Positions 1-10,507 of a stretch of 37,838 nt of DNA are shown here, in pieces. Position 1 is the first letter of the stretch, and every line of letters begins with the position of its first letter. Source of the stretch: Gammaproteobacteria bacterium. Lineage in GTDB: Bacteria > Pseudomonadota > Gammaproteobacteria > GCA-001735895. A program made the position numbers and the translations under genes. The stretch is taken from assembly GCA_050298595.1 (NCBI GenBank), contig JBNKUM010000012.1, positions 1 to 37,838 on the forward strand. Direction: 5' to 3'. The notes under the pieces are model-generated. The model searched no databases. It saw only the letters and a program-made list of their open reading frames with translations, and had not been told where the DNA came from.

Positions 1-1
1 G

Positions 2-3000
2 CCAGTTTCACCGTTAGAAGGTGTTGTGATCGAAAGTGCCCAAAAACCTGGCGGAGGTATCACCGATGAAACGGGGCATTACTCTGCGCTTTGGCTATAC
101 CCGGCCTGCCCGATATTTTCTATGGAGTATTCTAATAAATTAACCGCCAAACTGTATTACAAACGATTTAACCCCAGACAGCAAAGTCGAGTTAACTTCA
201 CCTATACAGCACAAAAAACGCTATATGATTACTGTGTTGCCGACTTTTTTATGGTTCCGTTTTTTGGCCCTGTACCCTTAGGTTTGGGCCACATCGACGT
301 AAACACCAATGCACTCTCATTCCCAATCGATCGAAGCTACCTGACTGGTGTCGCGCAACTGACCAGAGATGCCTATGCACTTAATGACCGGGTGATCCTG
401 GGGGGAGGGAATGTATCAGTAGTCGATAGCACCGAATATCTAGTAGATGCCCCAGATAATAGCACTACTACCTCAGCGTATTATGACTTTAATCGGGATG
501 GCGTAACCGATACGGTCACAGCAGGACATTATGAAGACAAACCCATTGATGAAGGTGCAGATGCCTGTGAGGCCAAAGGCAAAACCCAGAAATTTGTTAC
601 CGGAGAACCCGAAGAAGTACAGGGCGTGTGGCTAACGGGTAGCGGGAACACACCAGAAAACTGTCAGCCCGACCTCACTCGAGTGATCGATAGCAACAGT
701 TACCAGAATCTGACCAACCAGGGTCTACTATCAAAAATAGGCGCTGAAGATCTACGCGATACGGATATATATATCGTACGAGTATCCGATGGCAAATTGA
801 TATCAGAACGTATAGGGCTGAATGAATACGAACGCAAAAGAATCAGTGATCTGGGAGAAGACCGAGCTAGAAACCAGTTTTTCTATACCCTGGAAATGCG
901 TGGCAGTAAACTTGCACAGACACTCACAGAGACAAACTACAACAGCAGGAACTTTGAGGATTGGCAATCTAAAAAGGGAATGAACCCCGAACTGCATCAA
1001 CGCGAAGCCGATCATGTACAACCGGGTGATCAGCTACGCATCTATGCCATCAATCGAGCCACCGGATACATGGGGCATGTAGACACCACCTACGATATCA
1101 GCAGTACAGACAGTCAGCTACTGGGTAGCAATATAGACCCTATCATCATGGGTCCACCCAATTTAAGAATAAAAGTAGAACGCGACTACAAAATAGACAA
1201 GGGAGCGAGTGCCTCAGATGAAACCATTACCCAGTTAATCGGGTTTGAAGGCGCCAGCCTGACCAGTGACAAACTGGTAGCCATTACCACCGAATGGCTG
1301 GATCACGATGGTCGCCCCATACCCGAATCGCTGCAAGGGGCAGGCTACACGGGGCGTATAGCCATTCTCAGTGGTGACAAAACACTACCGAATGATGATC
1401 AGGGGGTTTACCAGTTCGCGATAGAACCCGGCCAGCGTTTACAGGTGTTGCAACTACCCAATGCGATCAGTGATAGCGAACATTTTTATATCCATGTCAG
1501 TGGGCAACCGAAAAGTGGACAGGCTATCTTTAGTGGAAGTACCGATAATGCCCGCCGAGGAGAAGGCGTCAACTTCAAGTCTACCGGTCAGAATTCAGGG
1601 ATCCTGGAGAAACGGCCTGATCACTATGTCCCGTTTTTGGTGCCTGTGTTTGATGAAGCCGTAACTGAACTATCGAAGCAGGCCTATTTAAGAACTCCAG
1701 CAGGACAAGATGTTGCCCCACCTGAGCCGGTATATCGCTGGGTTTATCGTCCTGAAATGCAATTTACCAGTTATGACCTCGAGTTAAACGAGATTAACAC
1801 ATCTCGTGATGACGATAACAGTGGCACGATCGAAGACGATGAAATCGTCAATCTGCTGGGTGATGATTCGACCCTGATTACGGCCGATTCAATAGTCGAT
1901 GTCTTATATGATTTAACGACAACAAATTTAGCTGCGCTTGACTATTTCAATGCAGGTAGCGACAAGGAGCTAATTTTATCGATTGGCGAACAGGAAGTTA
2001 AAGCCACCATTGGTAATGATCAGCAACTGGTATTTGATGATCTGAGCCATCTTAATTACCTAAGTCCGAATGATTTTTTAACGCTTCGTTTATATGCCAA
2101 TAATGATATTGGAAATACCCTGTGGGAATACAAATCACTCATCCGTCTATTATCATCTAGAGATATATCGGTAAACCGTTCCTATTTTGATGCAGTGGCC
2201 AGAGACGAAACTCAGCGTGATTATTTAGATAGCCACTTCAAGAAAAGTTTTATGCTGAGTAGGCAGGCGTCTGTTAGCCTGGTACTTAAGGACTATTCTG
2301 GTGAAGAAGTTGCCACTATTATTCCATCAGCAAGTCTGGCACCTTTTGTGGCGCATAACTTTGCTATGAGTTATGAGGATATAGTCAGTATATCGGGTAT
2401 TGCTCCTGCAGCAGGTAGAGATGATTACAGTCTTGAATTAAAAGCAGTAGCAGATGAAGATGAAAGTATTCGGCAAACAGCCAAGTTCTCTGGAAATATA
2501 GAAAAAACGATTAGAGGGTTAACGTTAGGCCAGATTATCCAGCATGATGTGCTTATCCATAGTGGCTCACTAAGTATTAACCGGCAGGATCTGAACTTAC
2601 CAGGGCTGGGTCCCGACCTTAGTTTTAGTCGAAGTTACAGCAATCGCTCATCGCATAAAGGAGATATGGGTCAGGGATGGTCACATAATCTGGATATCGT
2701 GTTAAATAAAATCAATGTAGGTAAATACGACAATCCCGGGCATGTACCCGACTGGGTGGTCGATAATAGTGGGCAATTCTTCGATGGACCAACAGTGGTT
2801 CAGACTGAGTTTTCTCGCATTATTATTAGTAATGGAGGGCAATTTGTAAAAGTAGGATCTTCGTGGGTGCCACAACGAGGGTATCATGGCACTGTGACCG
2901 AGGCTGGGGATGGTTTTGATTATCGCTCAAAAGACGGTACCACCTATCACTTTACTAATTATCCCGGCAGTACAACGCTTTACGTCAGCAGCATAGAGGA

Positions 3001-6000
3001 TAGAAATAACAATACTCTCAATTATGAATATGAAACCATTATAGATCTGGATGGTGTTCGACAGCGTATAAGCAAAATTACTGATGCCATTGGTCGTTCG
3101 TTAAGCTTTAACTACTCGACTTTGACCTCGGGTTTTGTACGCCTGACTGGGGTTAGTGGCCCCGCAGGCATAAGCTTAAGTTTTGGTTATGATGATAATG
3201 GCAACCTGATTCAGGTTGATCGTGATGACATTAGTGATTACCACGAGACTTATGGTTATGAGATTGATCAACATGATGCTTCCTATAATTTGACTAGTGT
3301 AACCGACAGTAACAATCACACCATCAGTTATGATTATTACGGCCAGAACGAATTATCTAATTCAGAATCCCTGAAAGCATTAATTCTTGGCTTTAATCCG
3401 GAGGATTTAGTCAAAACCGTCACCTACCCGGATTCAGCACAACCCAGCTTTAACTATTTAGCCAGTGGCGAGAATACTCGCCTGATTAAAGATGCAAAAG
3501 GAAACACGACTAAGTATGTGCTCACTGAGGTAGGTAACCCGCTACGTATAGAAGAACCAGGCAAGACTACCCAGATGACCTGGTCGTTTGATCAGGGGTT
3601 ACCTGATAATGTAATGACATCGCGTACCGATGCTGAAGGTCGCCATTGGAGCTATGAGTACGATATCAATGGCAATGTGACGAAAGAAACCGCCCCAGAT
3701 AATAAATCGACTACCAGTACCTGGAATGAATTTAGCCAGCTACTAACGCGTATTGATCGAAATAACCACAAGATTGTTAATGCATACAATGCGAAGGGAG
3801 ACCTGTTGTCCGAGAAAGATGGCGAAGATTTTGAGACCACTCACACCTATGATGGTAATGGACTGCGCCTGAGTACAACCGATGCCCGAGGCAGTAAGAC
3901 CACCTATAGCTATGACGCAAATGGCTTTCTCGCCAGCCAAACCGGAGATGAAGGCAGTAAAACCCTGTTTGAATACGACCTGCGAGGTCGCCTGCTCTCT
4001 AAAACCGATCCCAATGGAAACCCCACCAGCTATGTTTACGATAATCTGAACAGGCTGACATCACAAACCGACCCTGATTTAGCCACAATCAGCTATCAGT
4101 ACGACAACAAAGGTAATAAAACCCAGGAAGTGACTCGCGAAGGTATTACCATCGATTACACTTACGACTCACGTGATCGAGTCAAAACAGCGCGCAGAAC
4201 AGGGCCTCATATAACCACGGCTAATAAAACCTATAGCTACGATTTAAACGGTAACCTGACTGCAGAAAGTGACTGGAAGGGTTTTTCAACAGTTCACGCC
4301 TATGACGACTTAAATAGACGGACCCAAACCACCAATCGTGATGGAAAAGCCATGACTTTTGGTTATGACGCAGTGGGTAACAAAACCTCTGAAATCGATT
4401 ACGAAGGTCGTCTGACAAGCTTTATTTATGACGATTTTGATCGACTGACCCAAACCACCCAGGGTGACCGGATCAATAAGCAGGCCTATGACGCCGTCGG
4501 CAATGTGATAGAGACTACCGACGCCAATAACCATACAACCACCTACCAGTACGATAAACGTAATTTACGTATCTTACAGACCCACCCTGATAATAAAACC
4601 ATCCAGTGGGCCTATGACTCGGCAGGTAATCTGAGTAGTGAGACCAATGAAAATGGGGTTGCTACCAGTTACGGCTACGATAAACAGAATCGGCGAGTGA
4701 GCATGACGCAGAATGATGGCGTTAACGCAGACTATGTCACAACTTATGCCTATGATTTTAATGGCAATCAAACCAGCATAACCAACCCCAGAAATCATAC
4801 CCGCATCACCACCTACGATGAACTCAATCGTCCGCTGGTAGAAACCGACTTCGCGGGATTTGACACCAGCTATAGCTATAGCGATGCCGGTAATATCATC
4901 ACCGTTACCGATGCGCTCGGCCATGCAAGAACCACCACAACCGATGGCCTCGGTCACGTTATTAGCCAGACCCAGGCTGATGGTGGCATCATCAGTAGTG
5001 AATACGATGCCAACGGCAACAATACTAAAACAACTGATACGCGCAACACGGTTACCAGCACGACCTATGATGTACTGGATAGACCCATAACGATCAGCGT
5101 AACCGGCAATTCAGCCACGCGCAGCATCAGCAAAACCTACGACAAAGTCGGTAATCTGCTCAGCGCCACCAATGGCCGCAACCTGACGACTACCTACACT
5201 TACAATGATTTTAATGAAGTAGAAACCATCACCGATCCGGCACCGTTCAGCTACACACAAAGCTTCAGTTACGACAAAGTGGGTAATAAACTGTCTGAAA
5301 CAGATCGGCGTAATAACACCACCAGCTACGCTTATGACAACCGTAATCGCCTACTCCGCATCACCGATGCACGTAACCAGATACAGAGCTTTACCTATGA
5401 TGATGTTGGCAACCGTATAACCGAAACCGACAAACGCCACACCACGACCACGCATAGCTATGATGACCTGAACCGCCTCACACAATCCAGCAAAGCAGGT
5501 ATCACACTGGTACGTAATGAATACGATGGCAATGGCAATATCATCAAAATCACCGATGCCAACGGCAACATCACCCAGCTCAGTTACACCGCCAGAAACG
5601 AGCTTGAAACCACCACCTATGCCGATAACACCACCGCTTCGCAAAGCTACGATGAAGTCGGCAACCTGCTCAGCAAAACCGATGAAGCAGGGCAGGTTAG
5701 CAGCTATACCTATGACGCCGAAAACCGTCTCGCCAGTGAAACCAATCCGGCTTCGGAAACCACCGCCTATACCTACGATACCAATGGCAATAAACTCACA
5801 ACCAGCAAACCCGAAGGCAATGGCTGGAGCTACAGCTATGATGGCCTCAACCGACTGCTCACGGCGAGCAATACCCTTGGCCATAGCACCAGCTACGAAT
5901 ACGACGACAATGACAACCTAACCGCGCAAATCGATGCCGCAACGCATCGGGTGGAATACGGCTACGATGAGCTGGATCGACGCGTTAGCCATAAACAACT

Positions 6001-8515
6001 TAAAAGCAGTGGCAATTTAACCGTCAGCTACGCCTATGATGCTAATGGCAACATGACCTCCAGCACCGATGCCAAAGGCCAGGTCATCAGCTATGTTTAC
6101 GACGTCCTCAACCGAGAAACCAGCCGCAACTATCCAGACACAGGCGGTCCGTTCATCGATCTGCAAAGCATAGCCACCGTATACGATGCCAATGACAACC
6201 CCACCAGCATCACTGAAACCAAGGACCAGAGTGGAAGCGCCATCACGGATGTCACCAGCAACACCTATGACCTGCTGGATCGACTACTGACCAGCACTCA
6301 GCGTGGTAAAACCATCACCTATACCTACGACGATAATGGTAATCGAACCTCTGTCAGCACCGCAGCCGGTAGTACCAGTTACACCTTTGATTCTAGAAAT
6401 AGAATAGAAACTGCTGTCGCAGGTAGCGAGACCACCAGCTACAGCTACTACCCAGATGGTAAACAGAAACAGGTCAGCTACCCCAATGGAACGCAAACCC
6501 GTCGAGAATACGATGCGGCTGATCGGGTCAAAAACATCGTCACCGAAACCACAGCCGATGCCACGCTGCTCTCACAGTATGAGTATACCTATGACAGCAA
6601 TGGAAACCGTTTAACCCAGCAGGAAACGCAAAACGGCCAGACCGACACCACCAGCTATACCTATGATAGTGCGGACAGAATGGAAAGCTTTACCCTGGTC
6701 GTCGGAAGCGATACCACGCTCACCGAGTATACCCTCGACAGCGTGAGCAACCGCCTGACGGAAAAGGTCAGCTTAAATAGCGTTGTGATAACCGACAAAA
6801 GCTACGTCTACGATGAGACCTCCTGGTTACAGAGTATTACCGACAACCTGCAAAGCAAGGATATTGTTTACAGCTATGACAATAACGGCAATACGATCCA
6901 GAAACTGGATAACACCGAAGTCAGTGCCGATAAATCCACTGTGTTTAGCTACAACAGCCGTGACCAACTTGTACAGACCAGACGCGGCGCAGATGGCAGT
7001 GAAATCACCACGCTGGGGCTGTATGACTACAACGCAGCAGGCTTAAGAGTCAGGCACTACAACTCCGAACGCGGCAATATCCACTATTACTACGATGACC
7101 AGTCCGTTATCGAAGAACGCACCGAAGCAGATAACCTGCTGGCGCATTATCGCTTTGCAGATAAGTTACTCAGCCTGCAAACGCCGACAGAAACCAACTT
7201 CTATCATCAGGATGCGTTGGGTAGTACGACTAACCTGACCGATGTTACTGGTGCCGTGAAGGTGAGTTATAAGCTTGATCCCTGGGGACAGGTCCGGGAG
7301 CAAACCGGCAGCAGTGTTAACCGGCAGATCTTTACCGGGCAGGAAACGGATGAGAATACTGGGCTGATATATTTTGGGGCGCGGTTTTATGATCCGGATA
7401 CAGGGCGGTTTATTACGCAGGACTCGTATTTGGGACGACCCGCCGAGCCACCTAGTTTACACAGGTACCTCTATGCGGGAGCCCGACCTACTTTTTATGT
7501 CGATGAAGATGGACATTGTTTTGGGTTGTGTATAGGAGGTGCGATACTGATTGGGGGCGCAATTGCTAATTATTTCTACGACATGGATGATGCTCGTAAA
7601 GATATGAATAATGCAATTCGTTCAACTGAACCAAGTAATCCCGTAACGATGGGGCTAGCGGCTACAAGTGAAGCTGTAGTGACTGTTGGTACAGGAGTGC
7701 TTGGATTTCTTCCCACAACGGGTAAACAGATCGGTGAGTTTCTTGCCAATAAAGATAGGACATTAGCTGATGCACCAATACTAGGGCCTGTTGGTACTCA
7801 TTTAGGTGAATCTTCTGCTGCTTTTGTAGAAAATCCTAACTTTGATACTGGTGTGCAAGCATTTGGTGCGGTAAGTAGTGCATTTTTAACTACTGTTGCA
7901 CCTGTAAGTGCGAAAGGGTTTAAAGGGAAGGCTAAGATTACAGAGGAAACTAGAACTGGATCTCTAGAGCAACAAAGTGGTAATGTTGGGGATTCTGCAG
8001 GTGCTATGCGTGTTAAGGACTCTGTTGTTGAAACTGGTTATACTGACGCAGTAGAAAGCTCGATTCTTAGACATCAAAGAAAACTTGAAAAGAGAAAGAA
8101 TGGTGATTTTCAAACTAGAAAAAATCTTAGAAATATAGAACAAGGTAGGTCAAAATATTCTCCAGAGACAACAGGCAGATCAAGTCCAGGCCATTGGGGA
8201 GAGTATATAGAGGAAATTTTTGGCGTGGCTAAGCCGCTTGAAGATACTCATGGTCATCACATTGTGTTTAAATCACAATTTCCAAAGATAACTAATTTGA
8301 GCAAAGCAATTTTAGAAAAATTTGAAATAGATTGGTTTAAAGGCCCAGAAAATCTTGTTCATGCACCTAATAGAAATCATTCAATTAAAGCTGCTGAGGC
8401 CGTTCAAAAAGCACTTCTAGATGCCAACCAAGTTGGTACTAGAGACGCAGTTGTTAAGGCTTTACAAAAAATGGGGCGGGAGTTTGCTGAAGAAGGACCG
8501 CTAATTTCTAAATGA
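2..8515 (+). CDS. Giant Rhs/YD-repeat polymorphic toxin, 5'-truncated by the window edge; C-terminal AHH-like (HNH/EndoVII-fold) nuclease tip
   Basis: The frame is open from base 2 (PVSPLEGVV...), so the real start lies upstream. Contains a DUF6531-like segment (DLNLPGLGPDLSFSRSYSN...MGQGWSH), dozens of YD repeats (YxYDxxGNL), the Rhs core end (FTGQETDENTGLIYFGARFYDPDTGRFITQDS...LHRYLYA..P..YVDEDG, about nt 7330-7513) and a tip with HGHHIV...ENLV...NH. Confidence 0.95.
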   Translation, partial: PVSPLEGVVIESAQKPGGGITDETGHYSALWLYPACPIFSMEYSNKLTAKLYYKRFNPRQQSRVNFTYTAQKTLYDYCVADFFMVPFFGPVPLGLGHIDVNTNALSFPIDRSYLTGVAQLTRDAYALNDRVILGGGNVSVVDSTEYLVDAPDNSTTTSAYYDFNRDGVTDTVTAGHYEDKPIDEGADACEAKGKTQKFVTGEPEEVQGVWLTGSGNTPENCQPDLTRVIDSNSYQNLTNQGLLSKIGAEDLRDTDIYIVRVSDGKLISERIGLNEYERKRISDLGEDRARNQFFYTLEMRGSKLAQTLTETNYNSRNFEDWQSKKGMNPELHQREADHVQPGDQLRIYAINRATGYMGHVDTTYDISSTDSQLLGSNIDPIIMGPPNLRIKVERDYKIDKGASASDETITQLIGFEGASLTSDKLVAITTEWLDHDGRPIPESLQGAGYTGRIAILSGDKTLPNDDQGVYQFAIEPGQRLQVLQLPNAISDSEHFYIHVSGQPKSGQAIFSGSTDNARRGEGVNFKSTGQNSGILEKRPDHYVPFLVPVFDEAVTELSKQAYLRTPAGQDVAPPEPVYRWVYRPEMQFTSYDLELNEINTSRDDDNSGTIEDDEIVNLLGDDSTLITADSIVDVLYDLTTTNLAALDYFNAGSDKELILSIGEQEVKATIGNDQQLVFDDLSHLNYLSPNDFLTLRLYANNDIGNTLWEYKSLIRLLSSRDISVNRSYFDAVARDETQRDYLDSHFKKSFMLSRQASVSLVLKDYSGEEVATIIPSASLAPFVAHNFAMSYEDIVSISGIAPAAGRDDYSLELKAVADEDESIRQTAKFSGNIEKTIRGLTLGQIIQHDVLIHSGSLSINRQDLNLPGLGPDLSFSRSYSNRSSHKGDMGQGWSHNLDIVLNKINVGKYDNPGHVPDWVVDNSGQFFDGPTVVQTEFSRIIISNGGQFVKVGSSWVPQRGYHGTVTEAGDGFDYRSKDGTTYHFTNYPGSTTLYVSSIEDRNNNTLNYEYETIIDLDGVRQRISKITDAIGRSLSFNYSTLTSGFVRLTGVSGPAGISLSFGYDDNGNLIQVDRDDISDYHETYGYEIDQHDASYNLTSVTDSNNHTISYDYYGQNELSNSESLKALILGFNPEDLVKTVTYPDSAQPSFNYLASGENTRLIKDAKGNTTKYVLTEVGNPLRIEEPGKTTQMTWSFDQGLPDNVMTSRTDAEGRHWSYEYDINGNVTKETAPDNKSTTSTWNEFSQLLTRIDRNNHKIVNAYNAKGDLLSEKDGEDFETTHTYDGNGLRLSTTDARGSKTTYSYDANGFLASQTGDEGSKTLFEYDLRGRLLSKTDPNGNPTSYVYDNLNRLTSQTDPDLATISYQYDNKGNKTQEVTREGITIDYTYDSRDRVKTARRTGPHITTANKTYSYDLNGNLTAESDWKGFSTVHAYDDLNRRTQTTNRDGKAMTFGYDAVGNKTSEIDYEGRLTSFIYDDFDRLTQTTQGDRINKQAYDAVGNVIETTDANNHTTTYQYDKRNLRILQTHPDNKTIQWAYDSAGNLSSETNENGVATSYGYDKQNRRVSMTQNDGVNADYVTTYAYDFNGNQTSITNPRNHTRITTYDELNRPLVETDFAGFDTSYSYSDAGNIITVTDALGHARTTTTDGLGHVISQTQADGGIISSEYDANGNNTKTTDTRNTVTSTTYDVLDRPITISVTGNSATRSISKTYDKVGNLLSATNGRNLTTTYTYNDFNEVETITDPAPFSYTQSFSYDKVGNKLSETDRRNNTTSYAYDNRNRLLRITDARNQIQSFTYDDVGNRITETDKRHTTTTHSYDDLNRLTQSSKAGITLVRNEYDGNGNIIKITDANGNITQLSYTARNELETTTYADNTTASQSYDEVGNLLSKTDEAGQVSSYTYDAENRLASETNPASETTAYTYDTNGNKLTTSKPEGNGWSYSYDGLNRLLTASNTLGHSTSYEYDDNDNLTAQIDAATHRVEYGYDELDRRVSHKQLKSSGNLTVSYAYDANGNMTSSTDAKGQVISYVYDVLNRETSRNYPDTGGPFIDLQSIATVYDANDNPTSITETKDQSGSAITDVTSNTYDLLDRLLTSTQRGKTITYTYDDNGNRTSVSTAAGSTSYTFDSRNRIETAVAGSETTSYSYYPDGKQKQVSYPNGTQTRREYDAADRVKNIVTETTADATLLSQYEYTYDSNGNRLTQQETQNGQTDTTSYTYDSADRMESFTLVVGSDTTLTEYTLDSVSNRLTEKVSLNSVVITDKSYVYDETSWLQSITDNLQSKDIVYSYDNNGNTIQKLDNTEVSADKSTVFSYNSRDQLVQTRRGADGSEITTLGLYDYNAAGLRVRHYNSERGNIHYYYDDQSVIEERTEADNLLAHYRFADKLLSLQTPTETNFYHQDALGSTTNLTDVTGAVKVSYKLDPWGQVREQTGSSVNRQIFTGQETDENTGLIYFGARFYDPDTGRFITQDSYLGRPAEPPSLHRYLYAGARPTFYVDEDGHCFGLCIGGAILIGGAIANYFYDMDDARKDMNNAIRSTEPSNPVTMGLAATSEAVVTVGTGVLGFLPTTGKQIGEFLANKDRTLADAPILGPVGTHLGESSAAFVENPNFDTGVQAFGAVSSAFLTTVAPVSAKGFKGKAKITEETRTGSLEQQSGNVGDSAGAMRVKDSVVETGYTDAVESSILRHQRKLEKRKNGDFQTRKNLRNIEQGRSKYSPETTGRSSPGHWGEYIEEIFGVAKPLEDTHGHHIVFKSQFPKITNLSKAILEKFEIDWFKGPENLVHAPNRNHSIKAAEAVQKALLDANQVGTRDAVVKALQKMGREFAEEGPLISK

Positions 8516-8537
8516 AACTAATAGTGGAGGAACGAAA

Positions 8538-9068
8538 ATGAAGTTTATTACTTCAGAATTTGTCAGATTATTGTTAATTGGTACTCGAAATGTGATAGAG
8601 GCAATACATGAAAAGTATGGCTCTGAAGAAATATGCTCATTTGCTTTGTATACAGATTGTTCAGCGTCTAATGTAGGTTCCTCTTTCAATACTTTGAGAT
8701 ACCTTAAGAAGTGCCAACTTGATGATCCAGACAACAAAGAATATTATGTATGGGGAACAGCGGACTGGGAGTTTGAAGATATATTTCGAAACGAATTATC
8801 TAGTGCTAGTAAATATCTTCATGAAGCTTCTTCTGGATTAGCTAAAGATGAGTTCTCTTCATATAGTACACAGGTTTTTGAAGCTTTTGTTGGTGTATTA
8901 GAATCTATTAAGTCTGATATTAGGTTGAAGTTTGGAGTTGATTGTATTGTTTTATTCGCAATATCTGATTTTGACGATAAGGAAAAACTAATATCATGGA
9001 ACAAAAGATTAAATTCAGAAGAATATATTCGTAGGTATAGTGATTCAATTGCTGAATGGATTGGCTAG
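8538..9068 (+). CDS. Putative cognate immunity protein (DUF4303-like)
   Basis: Starts 22 bp after the toxin stop with an RBS (GGAGG) and is AT-rich like the toxin tip. Motifs SFALYTD...S.NT...YY.W..ADW and terminal LN match DUF4303-type proteins. Confidence 0.75.
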   Translation: MKFITSEFVRLLLIGTRNVIEAIHEKYGSEEICSFALYTDCSASNVGSSFNTLRYLKKCQLDDPDNKEYYVWGTADWEFEDIFRNELSSASKYLHEASSGLAKDEFSSYSTQVFEAFVGVLESIKSDIRLKFGVDCIVLFAISDFDDKEKLISWNKRLNSEEYIRRYSDSIAEWIG

Positions 9069-9216
9069 GAATAACGAATCTTTAATTCTTTCTTAAACTG
9101 GTTAAAGGAATATGCTATCAAGTTTTCCATTTGGGTCGGACCTAACTAACTCATTGATTCTATGTACTTATTGTCCATAGAACACTATGATTTAAGCCTT
9201 AAAGGGCCCATTTGAC

Positions 9217-9246
9217 AGAGATCTTTATGGAAGAGATCTTTATGGA
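9217..9246 (+). repeat. Perfect 15-bp tandem duplication (AGAGATCTTTATGGA x2) at the end of the Y1 element
   Basis: Read directly: 9217-9231 and 9232-9246. Confidence 0.9.
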
Positions 9247-9690
9247 CACCCAGCGATTGAAAAGGAAATTAGGCTTCAGCTATTCAGCTATGGATTCAGT
9301 TAAGTGAAGGGGGTATTAAGTCAAAAATAGGTTTTTTTTTAATCTTATTGAATATTTTTCTCTGGCCGGCTTCTCAGGACAAAATGATCCTGTAACCTGT
9401 GATATCAGATTGATATTTAGTTTAGTTCTATTGAGGGGCGGGTAAAAGTTATGTGTCGGGAAAAACTTCAGCGCAGCGTTTCACACCGTGCACCCAGTTC
9501 TTTCCCATTTGTTCGCAAGCTTGTCTGATTTGATACGCGCTACCAACAAGTGATTTAAACGGGCTTTCAAAGTCTTTTGTCAGGTAAACCCAGTGCCTGG
9601 GTTCTATATTTAATCGAGCTATTATATCTGGAATATGATCAGGTATGTGGCCTTTTTTATCATCCCGTAGAATACGCCCAGTCCACAAAT
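9244..9690 (-). mobile_element. 3' remnant of a Y1/HUH (RAYT-like) transposase element, copy 1, with downstream non-coding tail
   Basis: WTGRILRDDKKGHIP...RLNIEPRHW.YLTKDFESPFKSLVG is the C-terminus of this gammaproteobacterial transposase family. The roughly 200-bp tail is shared with copies 2 and 3 and ends in GGGTGTCC (minus strand). Confidence 0.8.
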
Positions 9691-9740
9691 TTAATGGATA
9701 AATTTGCACAGCTATACTGCCCTAAGGGTGAGCCTCAGGG

Positions 9741-10136
9741 ATGAGGCGAATGAATCTATCAGCTCAAGGTAATCGGTGTAGCGAAAGAGTAAGCCTTTTG
9801 GCATCTTGTTACGCGGGTAGCCTGCGAATGGTAATAACTGACTGGATTTGTGGCACTTTTTCTGACCATGGAGAAGAGCAGGTTATTGACCAGTATTATG
9901 TTGGAGATAATGGAACGTTAAACTGGGATTGGACAATATTCACAAGACTAGTAGCAGCCGAGATATTGGGTCACATAGTACCTTCTAGAACAAATGTTTT
10001 AGATCAGGTTTCAGGTATGGGACAAACTTCAGTAATAAGCTCATCTATAGACCTGAATTCTAATTATTATGATTATTCAGCTAGTAATTTTGATCATAGT
10101 GCACAATTTTGCTACCAAATTTCAATTTTGGAATGA
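9741..10136 (+). CDS. Hypothetical protein or degraded ORF
   Basis: 131-aa AT-rich ORF with no recognisable motif and a doubtful start. Confidence 0.25.
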   Translation: MRRMNLSAQGNRCSERVSLLASCYAGSLRMVITDWICGTFSDHGEEQVIDQYYVGDNGTLNWDWTIFTRLVAAEILGHIVPSRTNVLDQVSGMGQTSVISSSIDLNSNYYDYSASNFDHSAQFCYQISILE

Positions 10137-10445
10137 ATTGGTTAGGATTTTCCAAGTTGGTAGAGAGTGAGATAAATGAAACGGTTTTCAAAATACTATT
10201 TAATGATTTTTTTAATCTTGGCTACTGTTTTAGTGTGTTTTCTTTCCGGGAAAAAATTCTGGAAAATTTGCCTATATGGGTAATGAATCTTATGAACTAA
10301 AAATTAATAACCTGGTTAGATAATAAACAAATAGGGATACAAGAAAGCCTTTTGCAAAACAAAATGTCTGATTGGTGTCTCTGGATTATGACCCTTGTTT
10401 TTTCGTTTTACGAAGAGAAGCCTAATAGAGAGTGGTTTTTTTGAG

Positions 10446-10479
10446 TGTTAACCCGGTATAAATCTGTACCGGGTTAACA
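10446..10479. terminator. 13-bp perfect stem-loop 3' of the PEP-CTERM gene (possible terminator or mRNA-stabilising hairpin)
   Basis: TGTTAACCCGGTA-N8-TACCGGGTTAACA; no U-tract follows it on the minus strand. Confidence 0.5.
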
Positions 10480-10507
10480 GGGTGGTGCAGTATTTCAGAA
10501 TGAGTGC

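Noticed and set aside
3652-7046. Alternative-frame and antisense ORFs inside the Rhs gene (e.g. 4574-4957, 5351-5884, 5517-5921)
   Set aside because: Shadow ORFs produced by the biased codon usage of YD repeats; no motifs or RBS.
9741-10300. Orphan Rhs toxin/immunity module
   Set aside because: No Rhs core remnant (no PxxxxDPxG or YD motif) and no toxin signature visible.
10371-10380. ATTGGTGTCT as the opposite terminus of Y1 copy 1, which would define a 1.1-kb cargo element
   Set aside because: Only a 6-bp inverted match (GACACC) to the 9244 end; not distinguishable from chance without a full-length reference.
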